Source: a virus (lineage: Duplodnaviria > Caudoviricetes). Taken from it: a DNA stretch of 64,000 bases. Numbering within the stretch: position 1 is the stretch's first letter; every line of letters begins with the position of its first letter. The position numbers were made by a program, and so were the translations under genes. Positions 56,044-64,000 of the stretch are shown in pieces. Under the pieces are notes generated by a model. The model saw nothing but the letters and a program-made list of their open reading frames with translations, ran no database searches and had not been told where the DNA came from. The stretch covers positions 32,001 through 96,000 of the IMG/VR virus record IMGVR_UViG_2818991472_000001; one strand, 5' to 3'.

Positions 56044-58722
56044 TCAGGAGGTCTCCTCCACGGCCTCCACCGCGCCCCGGTTCTGGGTGAACGAGACGAT
56101 CCGCACCAGGCCGACCGCCTCCAGGTACTCGACGTCGGCCGCGTGGACGCTCGCGGGCTCGTAGGCCCGGCGCTTGCCGCCCTTGCCCGGCTTGTCGACC
56201 CAGTGGACGGCCCGGCGGTTGGCCCGGATCGTCTCCAGCAGGGTCTCCTGTGCCTTGGTCAGGTGCTGGGGCAGCTCGGCAGCCAGGTCGGCCGCCAGCG
56301 CGGCGACCTCGTCGGGGGTGGCGACCCAGACCCGGCGAGCGGCGTTCGGGGCGATGTCGCCCCGGGACAGCGTGGGGCGGCCAGTGACGCCGTCGACCCA
56401 CACCCGCCGGGGCAGCTCCGCCAGCGGGTTCGTGAACCGGTCCCGCTCGACCTTGCCGTACTCGTCCGTGTCGACCCAGGTGAGCAGCTTGGCCGCCGCC
56501 GCGTCCCGCACGTGCAGGTACGCGCCGTACTTGCTGGTGTTCAGGGCGATGGCGACCGCCGTCGCGACGTTGATCAGCGGCCGGAGCCCGGTGCCCTCGT
56601 CGACCTTGCTGCCGGTCACCGCCGCCACCACGGCGGACAGCTCGACATCCTCGGGCTTGTAGCGGTGCACGACCTGGTCGGCGGTCAGGTCGCCCCCGGC
56701 GACCAGCTCGGCGAGGTAGCGCAGGCCGTTCGGCTTGTCGTGGCCGGGCACCTCCAGGGCGTCCAGCCACACCTCGAACTGCGCGCGGATACGGGTGATG
56801 CCCAGGCCCAGCATCACGCGCTGTTCCTCGGTCTGCGCGTCCAGCACGGCCCGGGTGAGCTGGCGCAGCCGGTCGCCGCAGGCGACGGCCTTGGCCTCCC
56901 AGTCCGTTTCGAACGGGCGCTGCTCGGGGCGGGGCGGGTCGAAGCTCTCCGGGGCGGGCGGCATGGCGCGGCCGTCCGGGGCAGCCATGATCACCACGTG
57001 CTCGGCGCCGCCGCCGCGCAGCTCCTCGGCGCGCACCTGGGCGTCGTCCCACACGTAGTCGTCGGCGCCGGTGTGGCGCTCGCCGCCGCTGGTCCAGGCG
57101 AGCACGTAGCGCTTACCGGCGGGCAGCGCCGAGGCCGGGGCCGTCGCCCACACCACGGCACTGCTGGCGACGACGTCCCGCCAGCCGTAGCCGCGCAGGG
57201 CCTGGGCGTAGGCGTTCAGCTTGTGGTCAACGCTGTTCGGCTCCTCGCCCGGCTGGGCGCCCATGACCCGGGTGCCGTCGAGGAACTCAAAGACGCGGAC
57301 GTCGTACTCGCTGCCCTCGACGTAGAAGCCGCTGGCGGCGGGGTTGCCGGTGCGGATGTCGTCGCCCACCACGCGCACCGCGCGCTGACCGTCGTCCGTG
57401 AGCACGTGGACGGCGGCGCGCACAGTGGCCAGGCGGTCGAAGCGCGGGGAGGTGCCCTCGGTGATGTTGGTGTCGGTGGGCGGGGTCACCCACAGCAGCT
57501 GCGACGAGGCCATCTCGTCGAAGGTCCACCCGGCGGCGGCCAGGGCCTGGCCGTACTCCCTGAGCTTGGTCAGGGCCTTGCGGTCCTTGGTGTCCCGGAC
57601 CCAGGTCAGCTCACCGGCGGCGTAGTCGTAGACGGCGATCCGGTCGTCGCGGCGCTGGACGACGAACCCGGAGGTCTGCTCGAAGTCCTCGGGGTCATCC
57701 GTGACGGGGGCGGGGTGGTGCCCAGCGGCGGCCAGCACGCGGACGGCGGCCTGCACCACGGCGTCGTCGGCCTGGTCCGGGTAGCAGCCGTGGGCGGTGC
57801 CGCCGTGGACGACGACCGTCCCTTCGATGGGCTCGGCCACGCGGACGGCCAGGACGGTGGCGGGCTGCTGGGGCACGGCGGTGTTCTCCTCGGTGGTGTC
57901 GGGCTTGGTGGTGGCGCTGGCGATCCAGAACTTCTTGCTGGGGTGGTGGAGAGTGTCGGACATGTGCTCGGTGTAGGTGGCCAGGCCCTTCTCCACCAGG
58001 GACTGGACGGTGCGCAGGCTGATGCCGTAGCCCGCGTGAAGCTCGCCCTCCTGGAGGCGCTTCCACGCGTCGGCCTGGGCCGGGGTGAGCGTGATGCCGT
58101 CGGGGGTGGTGAACGTCTCCGGCTTGGCCTTGACGGGCTCGGGACGGGTGCTCGTGCCGGTGACCTTGATGATGTGCTGGTCGGTGCGGTCGTAGACCTC
58201 GGCCGTCCAGCCGTCGGCCCGCAGGGCCTGCACGAACTCGCCGATGTCGTCCTGCAGGGCCTCGCTGACGCCGACGTCGACGCTGTCCAGGCGCTCGAAC
58301 GCGAAGTACGCCTTCGGGCCCTTCCCGGCGGCCTCCAGGGTCTGAACGACCCGGGCGACGACGGGGGCGCCCTCCACGCGGGGGCGCGGCTCGGCGAGCG
58401 CGGTGACCTCCAGCGCCCCTTCGCGCGGGGACTTCTCGTTGTGCTCGACGTCGAAGAAGTCGGAGAGGTACGCGGCGTAGTCGGCCGCGAACTCCCGTGC
58501 GATCCGCTCGCTGCTGCCCAGCCCGACCTTGTCCAGGTGAGGGCCCCAGTAGAGGGAGACGTAGGAGCGGGCCCCCGCGCCACCGCTGCTCAGGCGGGCG
58601 CCGGGCTTGACGGAGGGGTGGGTGTAGCTGGACTCCACCTTCACGGAGACCTGGAACCCGGCCCGCTTCAGGCGGGTCTGGACGAGGGCGACGGTGATCG
58701 TGGGCTTCGTGGTCTCGGGCAT
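56044..58722 (-). CDS. Large multi-module cassette protein (about 890 aa)
   Basis: Start MPETTK after repeat 58766; tandem internal module duplication and two wHTH-like units. Confidence 0.8.
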   Translation of the reverse strand: MPETTKPTITVALVQTRLKRAGFQVSVKVESSYTHPSVKPGARLSSGGAGARSYVSLYWGPHLDKVGLGSSERIAREFAADYAAYLSDFFDVEHNEKSPREGALEVTALAEPRPRVEGAPVVARVVQTLEAAGKGPKAYFAFERLDSVDVGVSEALQDDIGEFVQALRADGWTAEVYDRTDQHIIKVTGTSTRPEPVKAKPETFTTPDGITLTPAQADAWKRLQEGELHAGYGISLRTVQSLVEKGLATYTEHMSDTLHHPSKKFWIASATTKPDTTEENTAVPQQPATVLAVRVAEPIEGTVVVHGGTAHGCYPDQADDAVVQAAVRVLAAAGHHPAPVTDDPEDFEQTSGFVVQRRDDRIAVYDYAAGELTWVRDTKDRKALTKLREYGQALAAAGWTFDEMASSQLLWVTPPTDTNITEGTSPRFDRLATVRAAVHVLTDDGQRAVRVVGDDIRTGNPAASGFYVEGSEYDVRVFEFLDGTRVMGAQPGEEPNSVDHKLNAYAQALRGYGWRDVVASSAVVWATAPASALPAGKRYVLAWTSGGERHTGADDYVWDDAQVRAEELRGGGAEHVVIMAAPDGRAMPPAPESFDPPRPEQRPFETDWEAKAVACGDRLRQLTRAVLDAQTEEQRVMLGLGITRIRAQFEVWLDALEVPGHDKPNGLRYLAELVAGGDLTADQVVHRYKPEDVELSAVVAAVTGSKVDEGTGLRPLINVATAVAIALNTSKYGAYLHVRDAAAAKLLTWVDTDEYGKVERDRFTNPLAELPRRVWVDGVTGRPTLSRGDIAPNAARRVWVATPDEVAALAADLAAELPQHLTKAQETLLETIRANRRAVHWVDKPGKGGKRRAYEPASVHAADVEYLEAVGLVRIVSFTQNRGAVEAVEETS

Positions 58723-58765
58723 CAGGGGCTCTCCGGTGGTAGCGCAGGTGGCGACACCGGTGAAT

Positions 58766-58805
58766 CTAGTGCACACCAATGCCCATACGCAAGTTGTTTC
58801 ATTAA
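58766..58805 (-). promoter_or_regulatory. Palindromic early-promoter repeat H (degenerate right arm)
   Basis: CTAGTGCACACCAATGCCCATACGCAAGTTGTTTCATTAA. Confidence 0.75.
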
Positions 58806-59115
58806 AGTTGTCATGACCTGGGCAGCTCCTGCCTTGTCACACCGGTCACGCTAGGACCCTGAGCCGACATCCCCGAGCGACGCTCCCAGTCCCCCACCGC
58901 CTCCGCCGCCGACCCGGTCCGGACCGCCGCAGCGGTACGGCGGGCCAGCCGCGCCAGCGCCCGGCGGCCGGTCACCGGGGTCTGCGGCAGCGGCTGGCCG
59001 GGCCAGCGCAGCCGGTGGGCCCGGTTCAGGTGCTCGACGCCGGGTCCGCACTCCCCCTCCCGCTCGCACCGCACCTCCGGCCGGTCCGGATGGGCCTGGC
59101 CGCACTCCCCGGCGC

Positions 59116-59556
59116 TCACGCGGAACCGGCCGGGGCGAGCGCGGCCAGGTGGACGGCGAGCAGCTCGGCGTACTCCTCGTCGTGGCGCGCGGCCAGCTCG
59201 GCCCAGGCGCCGTGCTGGGCCTTGGCCATGAGAGCCGCCTGCCGCTGCTCGTCCTCGGCCTGCATCCGGGCGGCGTGGGCCTCCCGCGACTCCCAGACGG
59301 GGCGGTTCTGGCCCCGGCGGAACGCGCTGGTCCTGACGGCGAGCCCGTTGACGGTCATGGCGGCGAGGAGGTTCTTCAGGGTGTAGTGGGAGACGGCCTT
59401 CTGTATCTGGTCCGACGTCACCAAGTCGCCCGGGTCGACGCCCTGGAGCAATGCGACCCGGTAGGCGATCTCGGTCATGGACAGCGGCCCGGCGTCGGGC
59501 GCCGTCAGGACGGCCTCGACCTCGGCCTGAGTGGGCTTGATGATCATGCGGAGCAT
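59116..59556 (-). CDS. wHTH-like hypothetical protein
   Basis: PLSMTEIA...TLKNLLAAM...GLA; coupled start. Confidence 0.65.
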   Translation of the reverse strand: MLRMIIKPTQAEVEAVLTAPDAGPLSMTEIAYRVALLQGVDPGDLVTSDQIQKAVSHYTLKNLLAAMTVNGLAVRTSAFRRGQNRPVWESREAHAARMQAEDEQRQAALMAKAQHGAWAELAARHDEEYAELLAVHLAALAPAGSA

Positions 59557-60140
59557 CAGTTCTCCTCGTTCCAGGCCCGGCCGCGCGGGCCCTCCTCGTG
59601 AGGGTCGTCGGGGTAGGGGTAGAAGGGCTCCTGCTCGGCGTCGAAGCCGTGCAGGTGGGCGTGGTCGGCACGCATGATGTAGACGTCGGTGCCGCCGTCC
59701 TCGCCGGGGTGGTTGAAGCGGTAGTCCCAGCACGTCGAACCCTCGAAGTGGCTGCGGGAGGCCAGCGGGGCGCAGGCGAAGTCCTCGGCCCAGTCGCGGG
59801 CGGCCTTGCGGCTGGCGGCCACGTGCAGGATGCCCTGGTCCATGTCGCCGACCACCCAGGGCATCTCCCTGGTGCGGGTGCAGAGCAAGTGGCGGACGGT
59901 GTCGAGGTCGCCGTAGAAGCGGTTCTCGGCCTTGGGGTTCTTCAGGTCCTCGACGCGCCACTGCTCGATCGTGATGGTCAGGCCGCCGCGCGGGCGGTGG
60001 GCGTACATGGGAGTGATCTCGTACCGGCCGTCGCTGGTGCGGTAGTAGGTGAAGCCGAGGCTGTCCTTGCGCCGCTTGAGGGCCCGGGGCTTGATCCGGG
60101 GCGGGAGCTTGCGGGGGGTCTCGATGGTCTCGGTGCTCAC
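59556..60140 (-). CDS. Hypothetical protein
   Basis: GTG start with AAGGAG RBS. Confidence 0.7.
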   Translation of the reverse strand: MSTETIETPRKLPPRIKPRALKRRKDSLGFTYYRTSDGRYEITPMYAHRPRGGLTITIEQWRVEDLKNPKAENRFYGDLDTVRHLLCTRTREMPWVVGDMDQGILHVAASRKAARDWAEDFACAPLASRSHFEGSTCWDYRFNHPGEDGGTDVYIMRADHAHLHGFDAEQEPFYPYPDDPHEEGPRGRAWNEEN

Positions 60141-60415
60141 CGGGAGGTCTCCTTCTCGTTCGGCTCGGCGCAGTCCTCGCACTGCTCGCCCTCGGGGTAG
60201 CCGGGGTGCTGGTGGCACTGGGGCTCGACGCGGACCTGCTCGCCCTCGGCGCGGTAGTACTCGGCGATGCCCTCGGCGGCATCCGCGCTGGGGAAGCCGC
60301 CTTCGATGAGGCGGCCGTCGTCGGCGTCGTCGAAGACGCCGTAGGTCGGTCTGGTGGCGTCCGCCGTCTGAAGGTCGCGGACGGCTCGGTGCAGGCGGTC
60401 GTCGATGTCGTTCAC
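60137..60415 (-). CDS. Small acidic Zn-binding protein
   Basis: C..H......CEDC. Confidence 0.65.
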   Translation of the reverse strand: MNDIDDRLHRAVRDLQTADATRPTYGVFDDADDGRLIEGGFPSADAAEGIAEYYRAEGEQVRVEPQCHQHPGYPEGEQCEDCAEPNEKETSR

Positions 60416-60987
60416 GGTCTGTCCTTGTTCGTCAACTCGCCCATGGTGGCGATGAGTTGCTGGATGGAGTCGTTGAGTTCGAGCATCGCGAGGGTCTGGG
60501 CCTCGCAGCGGAGCCCGTCCGCCACGGGGTTGGTCTCGTCGAAGCGGGCCGGTATCGCGGCGGCCTCCCGGAGCAGCTCGCGGGCCCTGTCCGCGCCGCT
60601 GCGCACCTGGTCGGGCTCCGGCCTGCTCGGCGTTCCGGTGCGGGAGCGCCACTGGGGGTCGGTCTCCTGGGCCAGCCACAGCCCACGCACCGGGGCGAAG
60701 GCGTCGGTCGTGGTGAACTCCCTGAGCCTGTCGAGCAGTTGGTTCGGCGTGGGGGCCGTCCAGCGGCCGGGCTCGCCGCTGTGGCGGGTCATCCAGGCGG
60801 CCAGTCCGGGGATGGTGAAGTGCTGGGTGCTGATCTCCGCCGCCCACGCCTGCTCGGGGTGGTGGGCGGGCGGGTGGACGGAGAAGACCACGTCGGCAAC
60901 GACGGCGTAGAGGACCTGGAACCGGGCGTCGGGCAGGCTGCTCTGGCCGGTGATCGGGTGCTGCTGCAGCAGGACCGGGGTACTCAT
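60412..60987 (-). CDS. Hypothetical protein (N-terminus paralogous to 60984..61610)
   Basis: HP.TG..S......YA....VVF....P...I.T.H.T..G...W.......W..PT......RL..F. Confidence 0.7.
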   Translation of the reverse strand: MSTPVLLQQHPITGQSSLPDARFQVLYAVVADVVFSVHPPAHHPEQAWAAEISTQHFTIPGLAAWMTRHSGEPGRWTAPTPNQLLDRLREFTTTDAFAPVRGLWLAQETDPQWRSRTGTPSRPEPDQVRSGADRARELLREAAAIPARFDETNPVADGLRCEAQTLAMLELNDSIQQLIATMGELTNKDRP

Positions 60988-61610
60988 GCCAGCCGCTCCC
61001 GGGCGATCTCCTTGAGCTGGGCGAGCATGTCGGCGTGCTTGCGGACCGGGCCGACCTCGTCCAGGCCCGCGCGGATCGTCCAGCCGTTGTCGAGGTCGCG
61101 GCCGGAGCGGTAGCCGGACTGGCTGCGGGCCTCGGCGACCACGTGGTGGGCCTCGGGGGTGCCGTCGGTGTCGAGGCCGGAGTAGGGCCGGGGGTCGTTG
61201 GCGACGGCCTGGTAGTGGTGCGCGTCGACGCGCACGACGCGCAGCGGCTCGGGCACCTTGGCCGGGTCGATCTCCAGGCGCTGCCAGCGGTAGCGCACGG
61301 CGGGGAAGGCGGCGGAGTCGCAGAAGAGCAGGAGGCGCCCGACGACGCTGTCCACGGTCGGGCCGGACCACGTCGGCGGCCGGTCGTCGGTGTCCCGCAG
61401 CCACTGCCTGCGCCCGATCTCGGTCAGGTGCTCGGTGGCGATCACGGCGGTGCGGGACTTCCCGGGGTTCCTCGGGGCGGAGATGGTGAAGACCACGCCG
61501 TCCAGGTCGGCGTACACGAGGGGCTCGGCGTGCCGGGAGCGGCTGGTCTCGCCGGTGAGCGGGTGTCTGCGGCTGAGGTGGAGGCCGGTGGCGGTGGTGA
61601 TCATGGGCAT
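60984..61610 (-). CDS. Hypothetical protein (N-terminus paralogous to 60412..60987)
   Basis: Same shared pattern. Confidence 0.7.
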   Translation of the reverse strand: MPMITTATGLHLSRRHPLTGETSRSRHAEPLVYADLDGVVFTISAPRNPGKSRTAVIATEHLTEIGRRQWLRDTDDRPPTWSGPTVDSVVGRLLLFCDSAAFPAVRYRWQRLEIDPAKVPEPLRVVRVDAHHYQAVANDPRPYSGLDTDGTPEAHHVVAEARSQSGYRSGRDLDNGWTIRAGLDEVGPVRKHADMLAQLKEIARERLA

Positions 61611-61654
61611 GGGGTGGTCCTTGTCCGGGGCCCGCCCGGCGCGGCGGGCGGGGA

Positions 61655-61987
61655 TCAGATGGGCAGCGTCGGGGCGGAGTCGTCGGTCGGCGGGGCGGGG
61701 TCCGGGGGGAGGCTGCCGCGTGCGATCCGGGCCTGGTGGCGCACCCTGCGCAGGTGGTTGACCAGCACAGGGGCGTAGGCCAGGGCGGCTTGCTCGTCGA
61801 GCAGGTGGTTCAGGATCTGCGCGTACCGGGAGGCGGAGATGCCGAGCTGCTCCCGGATCTGGCTCTCCTTGGTCCCCCGGTTGTGCGGCCCCCAGCTGCC
61901 GCTGCGCTCGAAGTCGAGCACCGCGCGCTGGAAGTCGAACAGGCCGTCGGGGCCGCGTACGGGCAGGTCCTCATCGGCCGGGGTCAC
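61655..61987 (-). CDS. DUF3263 protein
   Basis: VLDFER..W....G.KE..IRE.LGIS..RY.Q.LN.L.D...AL...P.LV..LRR.R. Confidence 0.85.
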   Translation of the reverse strand: MTPADEDLPVRGPDGLFDFQRAVLDFERSGSWGPHNRGTKESQIREQLGISASRYAQILNHLLDEQAALAYAPVLVNHLRRVRHQARIARGSLPPDPAPPTDDSAPTLPI

Positions 61988-63015
61988 CGCCTGCTCAGGC
62001 GCAGCAGCGCCGGGGCGGAGGAGTCAGTGAGGGAGTGCTGGAGCAGCGGGCCGGGGCTGTGGCGGCGCATCGGGGTGACGGCCGTGTAGGCGTCGGTGTC
62101 GAAGCGCAGCAGCGTGAGGTGTCGGCCATCGGTGTCTATGGCGCGCTGGCCGGTCCGGAACGCGGAGGGCTGCTCGAAGTCGGCGGTGCGGGCGAGGACC
62201 GGCATGGTCAGGTGCTGGTGGTGCCAGTCCGAGAAGCGCTCTCCGAGGACCCGGGAGTGGTGCGCCCAGGGGTAGACGGAGGGGGCGGCGATCCGGCCGA
62301 AGACCCCCGAGTAGCCGGGCTGGCCCGGGACGTCATGGACGACGTCGTCCAGGGCCAGCAGGCCGCCGCCGGGCAGCGGGATCACGTCGCCGGGCTGCAG
62401 GTCGGCGACCGGCTTGGCCGGGTAGGCCCGGCCGTCGACGTACAGGTGCGGCCGGTCGGCGGCCGGGGAGTAGACGTACCAGTGGTCGCGCAGGTGCTCG
62501 GTGGCGGTGACCGCCTTGTCGACGGCCAGGGTGCTGGTGGGGCGGTTCAGCGAGTTGACCCAGGCGGTGCCGTCGAAGGTGAACTCGGTCCGGGCCCAGG
62601 AGGCGGTGCTGGTGGCCCACTGCGACAGGATGCGGTCGCCGGTGGCCGGGTTCTTGGGCACGCGGGCCTCGGGAACGTCCGGGACCAGGTCCGGGGCGAG
62701 GAGCAGCGGGATGCCGTTCGTGGCCCGGACCTGGACGGGACGGTCTCCGGGAAGGATGAGCAAGGTGTCGTTGCCGCCCATGACCGGGCGCTGACGGATG
62801 GCCACGGAGTGGGCGTTCGACAGGGAGGTGGTGTCGACGACGACCATCGCGCAGATGATCGACGGGGTAGCGGAGGCGACGATGACCTGACCGGCGGTCA
62901 GCTCCTTGGCGAGGAGCTGAGCAGCGGTGCTCCAGCGGAGGGCTTCGATGGTGGCAGTGCAGAAGCCGTGCTGGTGCCGGGTGTGCGTCGCGTCCGCCTG
63001 CTGGGCAGGCAGCAT
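61984..63015 (-). CDS. Hypothetical protein with SH3-like repeats
   Basis: AKELTAGQVI and VADLQPGDVI motifs; after palindrome 63063. Confidence 0.7.
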   Translation of the reverse strand: MLPAQQADATHTRHQHGFCTATIEALRWSTAAQLLAKELTAGQVIVASATPSIICAMVVVDTTSLSNAHSVAIRQRPVMGGNDTLLILPGDRPVQVRATNGIPLLLAPDLVPDVPEARVPKNPATGDRILSQWATSTASWARTEFTFDGTAWVNSLNRPTSTLAVDKAVTATEHLRDHWYVYSPAADRPHLYVDGRAYPAKPVADLQPGDVIPLPGGGLLALDDVVHDVPGQPGYSGVFGRIAAPSVYPWAHHSRVLGERFSDWHHQHLTMPVLARTADFEQPSAFRTGQRAIDTDGRHLTLLRFDTDAYTAVTPMRRHSPGPLLQHSLTDSSAPALLRLSRR

Positions 63016-63062
63016 GGCGTTGTCCCTTTGGCAGAGGGGTGAACTTCCTTGGCAAGAACACC

Positions 63063-63084
63063 GTAACCCAGATATCTGGGTGAC
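63063..63084 (-). promoter_or_regulatory. Palindromic operator inside a TTGCGG-N18-TACGGT promoter
   Basis: GTAACCCAGATATCTGGGTGAC, sister of 14143-14166. Confidence 0.7.
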
Positions 63085-63149
63085 CGCAATGCCAATTCGG
63101 GGAATTCTGTCTTCTGGGCCGGGACGTGCGCCAGCCAGCTGCGCAGCTC

Positions 63150-63650
63150 TCACCAGTCCAGGGAGAACCAGACGACCTTGGTGTCGCCGCGCTTCACGAC
63201 GCCCCACTCCTCCGCCATGGCCTCGACCAGGAGCAGCCCCCGGCCACCCACCAGCCCCTCACCGTCGGCGCCGTCGATGTCCTCGAAGCTGACCGGCTCG
63301 GACGCCTGCGCGGGCACCGCGACCTTGTCGGCGGACTCGGGGTCGCCGTCGATGACCTCGATCAGCACCCGGGCGTCGGCGCGCAGTTCGGCGCGCACCA
63401 CGACCTTCGCTTCGTCGCCTTCCGGGTCGTCGGCGTGGCGGACGCTGTTGGTGATGATCTCGGACAGCAGGAGCACTGCCGTCTCGATGACCCGCGTGAT
63501 CCCGTGCCACTGCGTCAGGCGCTGGCGCAGGTCGTCGCGGGCGACACCGACGCTCTCGGGATGGGCGGGGTAGGGGCGCCGGTACGGCTGGAATCCGTCG
63601 GGGTTGGCGCGCGCCAGTCTGTTGCTGGCGGCCTTCGCGGTCTGGCTCAC
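63150..63650 (-). CDS. HATPase_c ATP-binding protein (anti-sigma/AbaA-like)
   Basis: LLLSEIITNSVRHA, IEVID, GRGLLLVEAMA..WG, KVVWF. Confidence 0.9.
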   Translation of the reverse strand: MSQTAKAASNRLARANPDGFQPYRRPYPAHPESVGVARDDLRQRLTQWHGITRVIETAVLLLSEIITNSVRHADDPEGDEAKVVVRAELRADARVLIEVIDGDPESADKVAVPAQASEPVSFEDIDGADGEGLVGGRGLLLVEAMAEEWGVVKRGDTKVVWFSLDW

Positions 63651-63866
63651 AAGTCTCACGCTCCAGGGGCGTACGAGTGGAACCGGGCATCACCCACCCT
63701 GGCCCGACGTGCGCACAGCGTGAGCGTCTCCAATACCCACGGTCCCGCAAGATCCGCGAAACTGCAACAATGTCAGCTGAACGAATGTCATTTCGATAGT
63801 GGAGTTTGACGCTTCGACACGTCAGACTGATCCTTGGACACCGGACGAGACCAGGGAGACAACGGG

Positions 63867-64000
63867 ATGGCGTACGAGGGCGTTCCAACGGTTCGCAAGC
63901 GCCTGCTCGGCTACCACCTGCGGCAACTCCGCGAAGCGGAGGGTCTGAAGTGGGAGGACACCGCTGCTCGACTGCAGGTCGCCAAGCCGACCGTCATGCG
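63867..64000 (+). CDS. XRE-family (WhiJ-like) regulator, partial
   Basis: MAYEGVPTVRKRLLGYHLRQLREAEGL...AARL; divergent from the HATPase gene. Confidence 0.85.
   Translation, partial: MAYEGVPTVRKRLLGYHLRQLREAEGLKWEDTAARLQVAKPTVM

Noticed and set aside
55880-57052. N-terminal 391 aa of ORF 53042..57052
   Set aside because: Overlaps 56044..58722 out of frame and crosses promoter repeat G; true start is 55879
41093-58805. 40-bp repeats as a CRISPR array
   Set aside because: Copies are 1-4 kb apart, separated by whole genes, and degenerate; no cas genes seen
41093-58805. 40-bp repeats as canonical integron attC sites or LexA boxes
   Set aside because: No RYYYAAC/GTTRRRY ends and no integrase in the window; half-site spacing is far longer than the actinobacterial TCGAAC-N4-GTTCGA SOS box
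58851-59105. 84-aa minus-strand ORF
   Set aside because: Low-complexity G/P/A sequence, frame ambiguous; cannot support a call
1-64000. tRNA, rRNA, IS/transposase, reverse transcriptase or intein
   Set aside because: No recognisable motifs by eye; tRNAscan-SE and Infernal were not run, so small RNAs cannot be excluded

Overview
High-GC (about 70%, by eye) actinobacterial phage DNA, probably from a Streptomyces/Kitasatospora-type host. It could be a phage, prophage or phage-plasmid; no integrase, terminase or replicase is visible here. Almost all real genes are on the minus strand. 1-28.6 kb is a virion/lysis region resembling Bxz1-like (cluster C mycobacteriophage-type) myovirus head genes: portal, maturation protease, scaffold, decoration, major capsid, adaptor, an SGNH tail-fibre-like protein, two amidase endolysins and holin-like genes. 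It is interrupted by a plus-strand XRE/HExxH/MAB_1171c/PAP2 cassette. 28.6-63 kb is a long run of small, mostly hypothetical early-type genes (ArdA-like, HAD, SAM-methyltransferase-like, DUF6283, DUF3263), ending in a HATPase/XRE pair. The most striking signal is non-coding. (i) 13 copies of a fixed-spacing motif CTGT-N22-AAGGGG(T/C)G precede only virion/lysis-region genes. (ii) 8 copies of a 39-40 bp imperfect palindrome with compensatory arm changes each contain a TTGCG-N18-TAGNTT promoter, and head gene cassettes built from recurring small protein modules. (iii) Two further two-copy operator-like motifs occur. All family assignments are from recalled motifs, not database searches.
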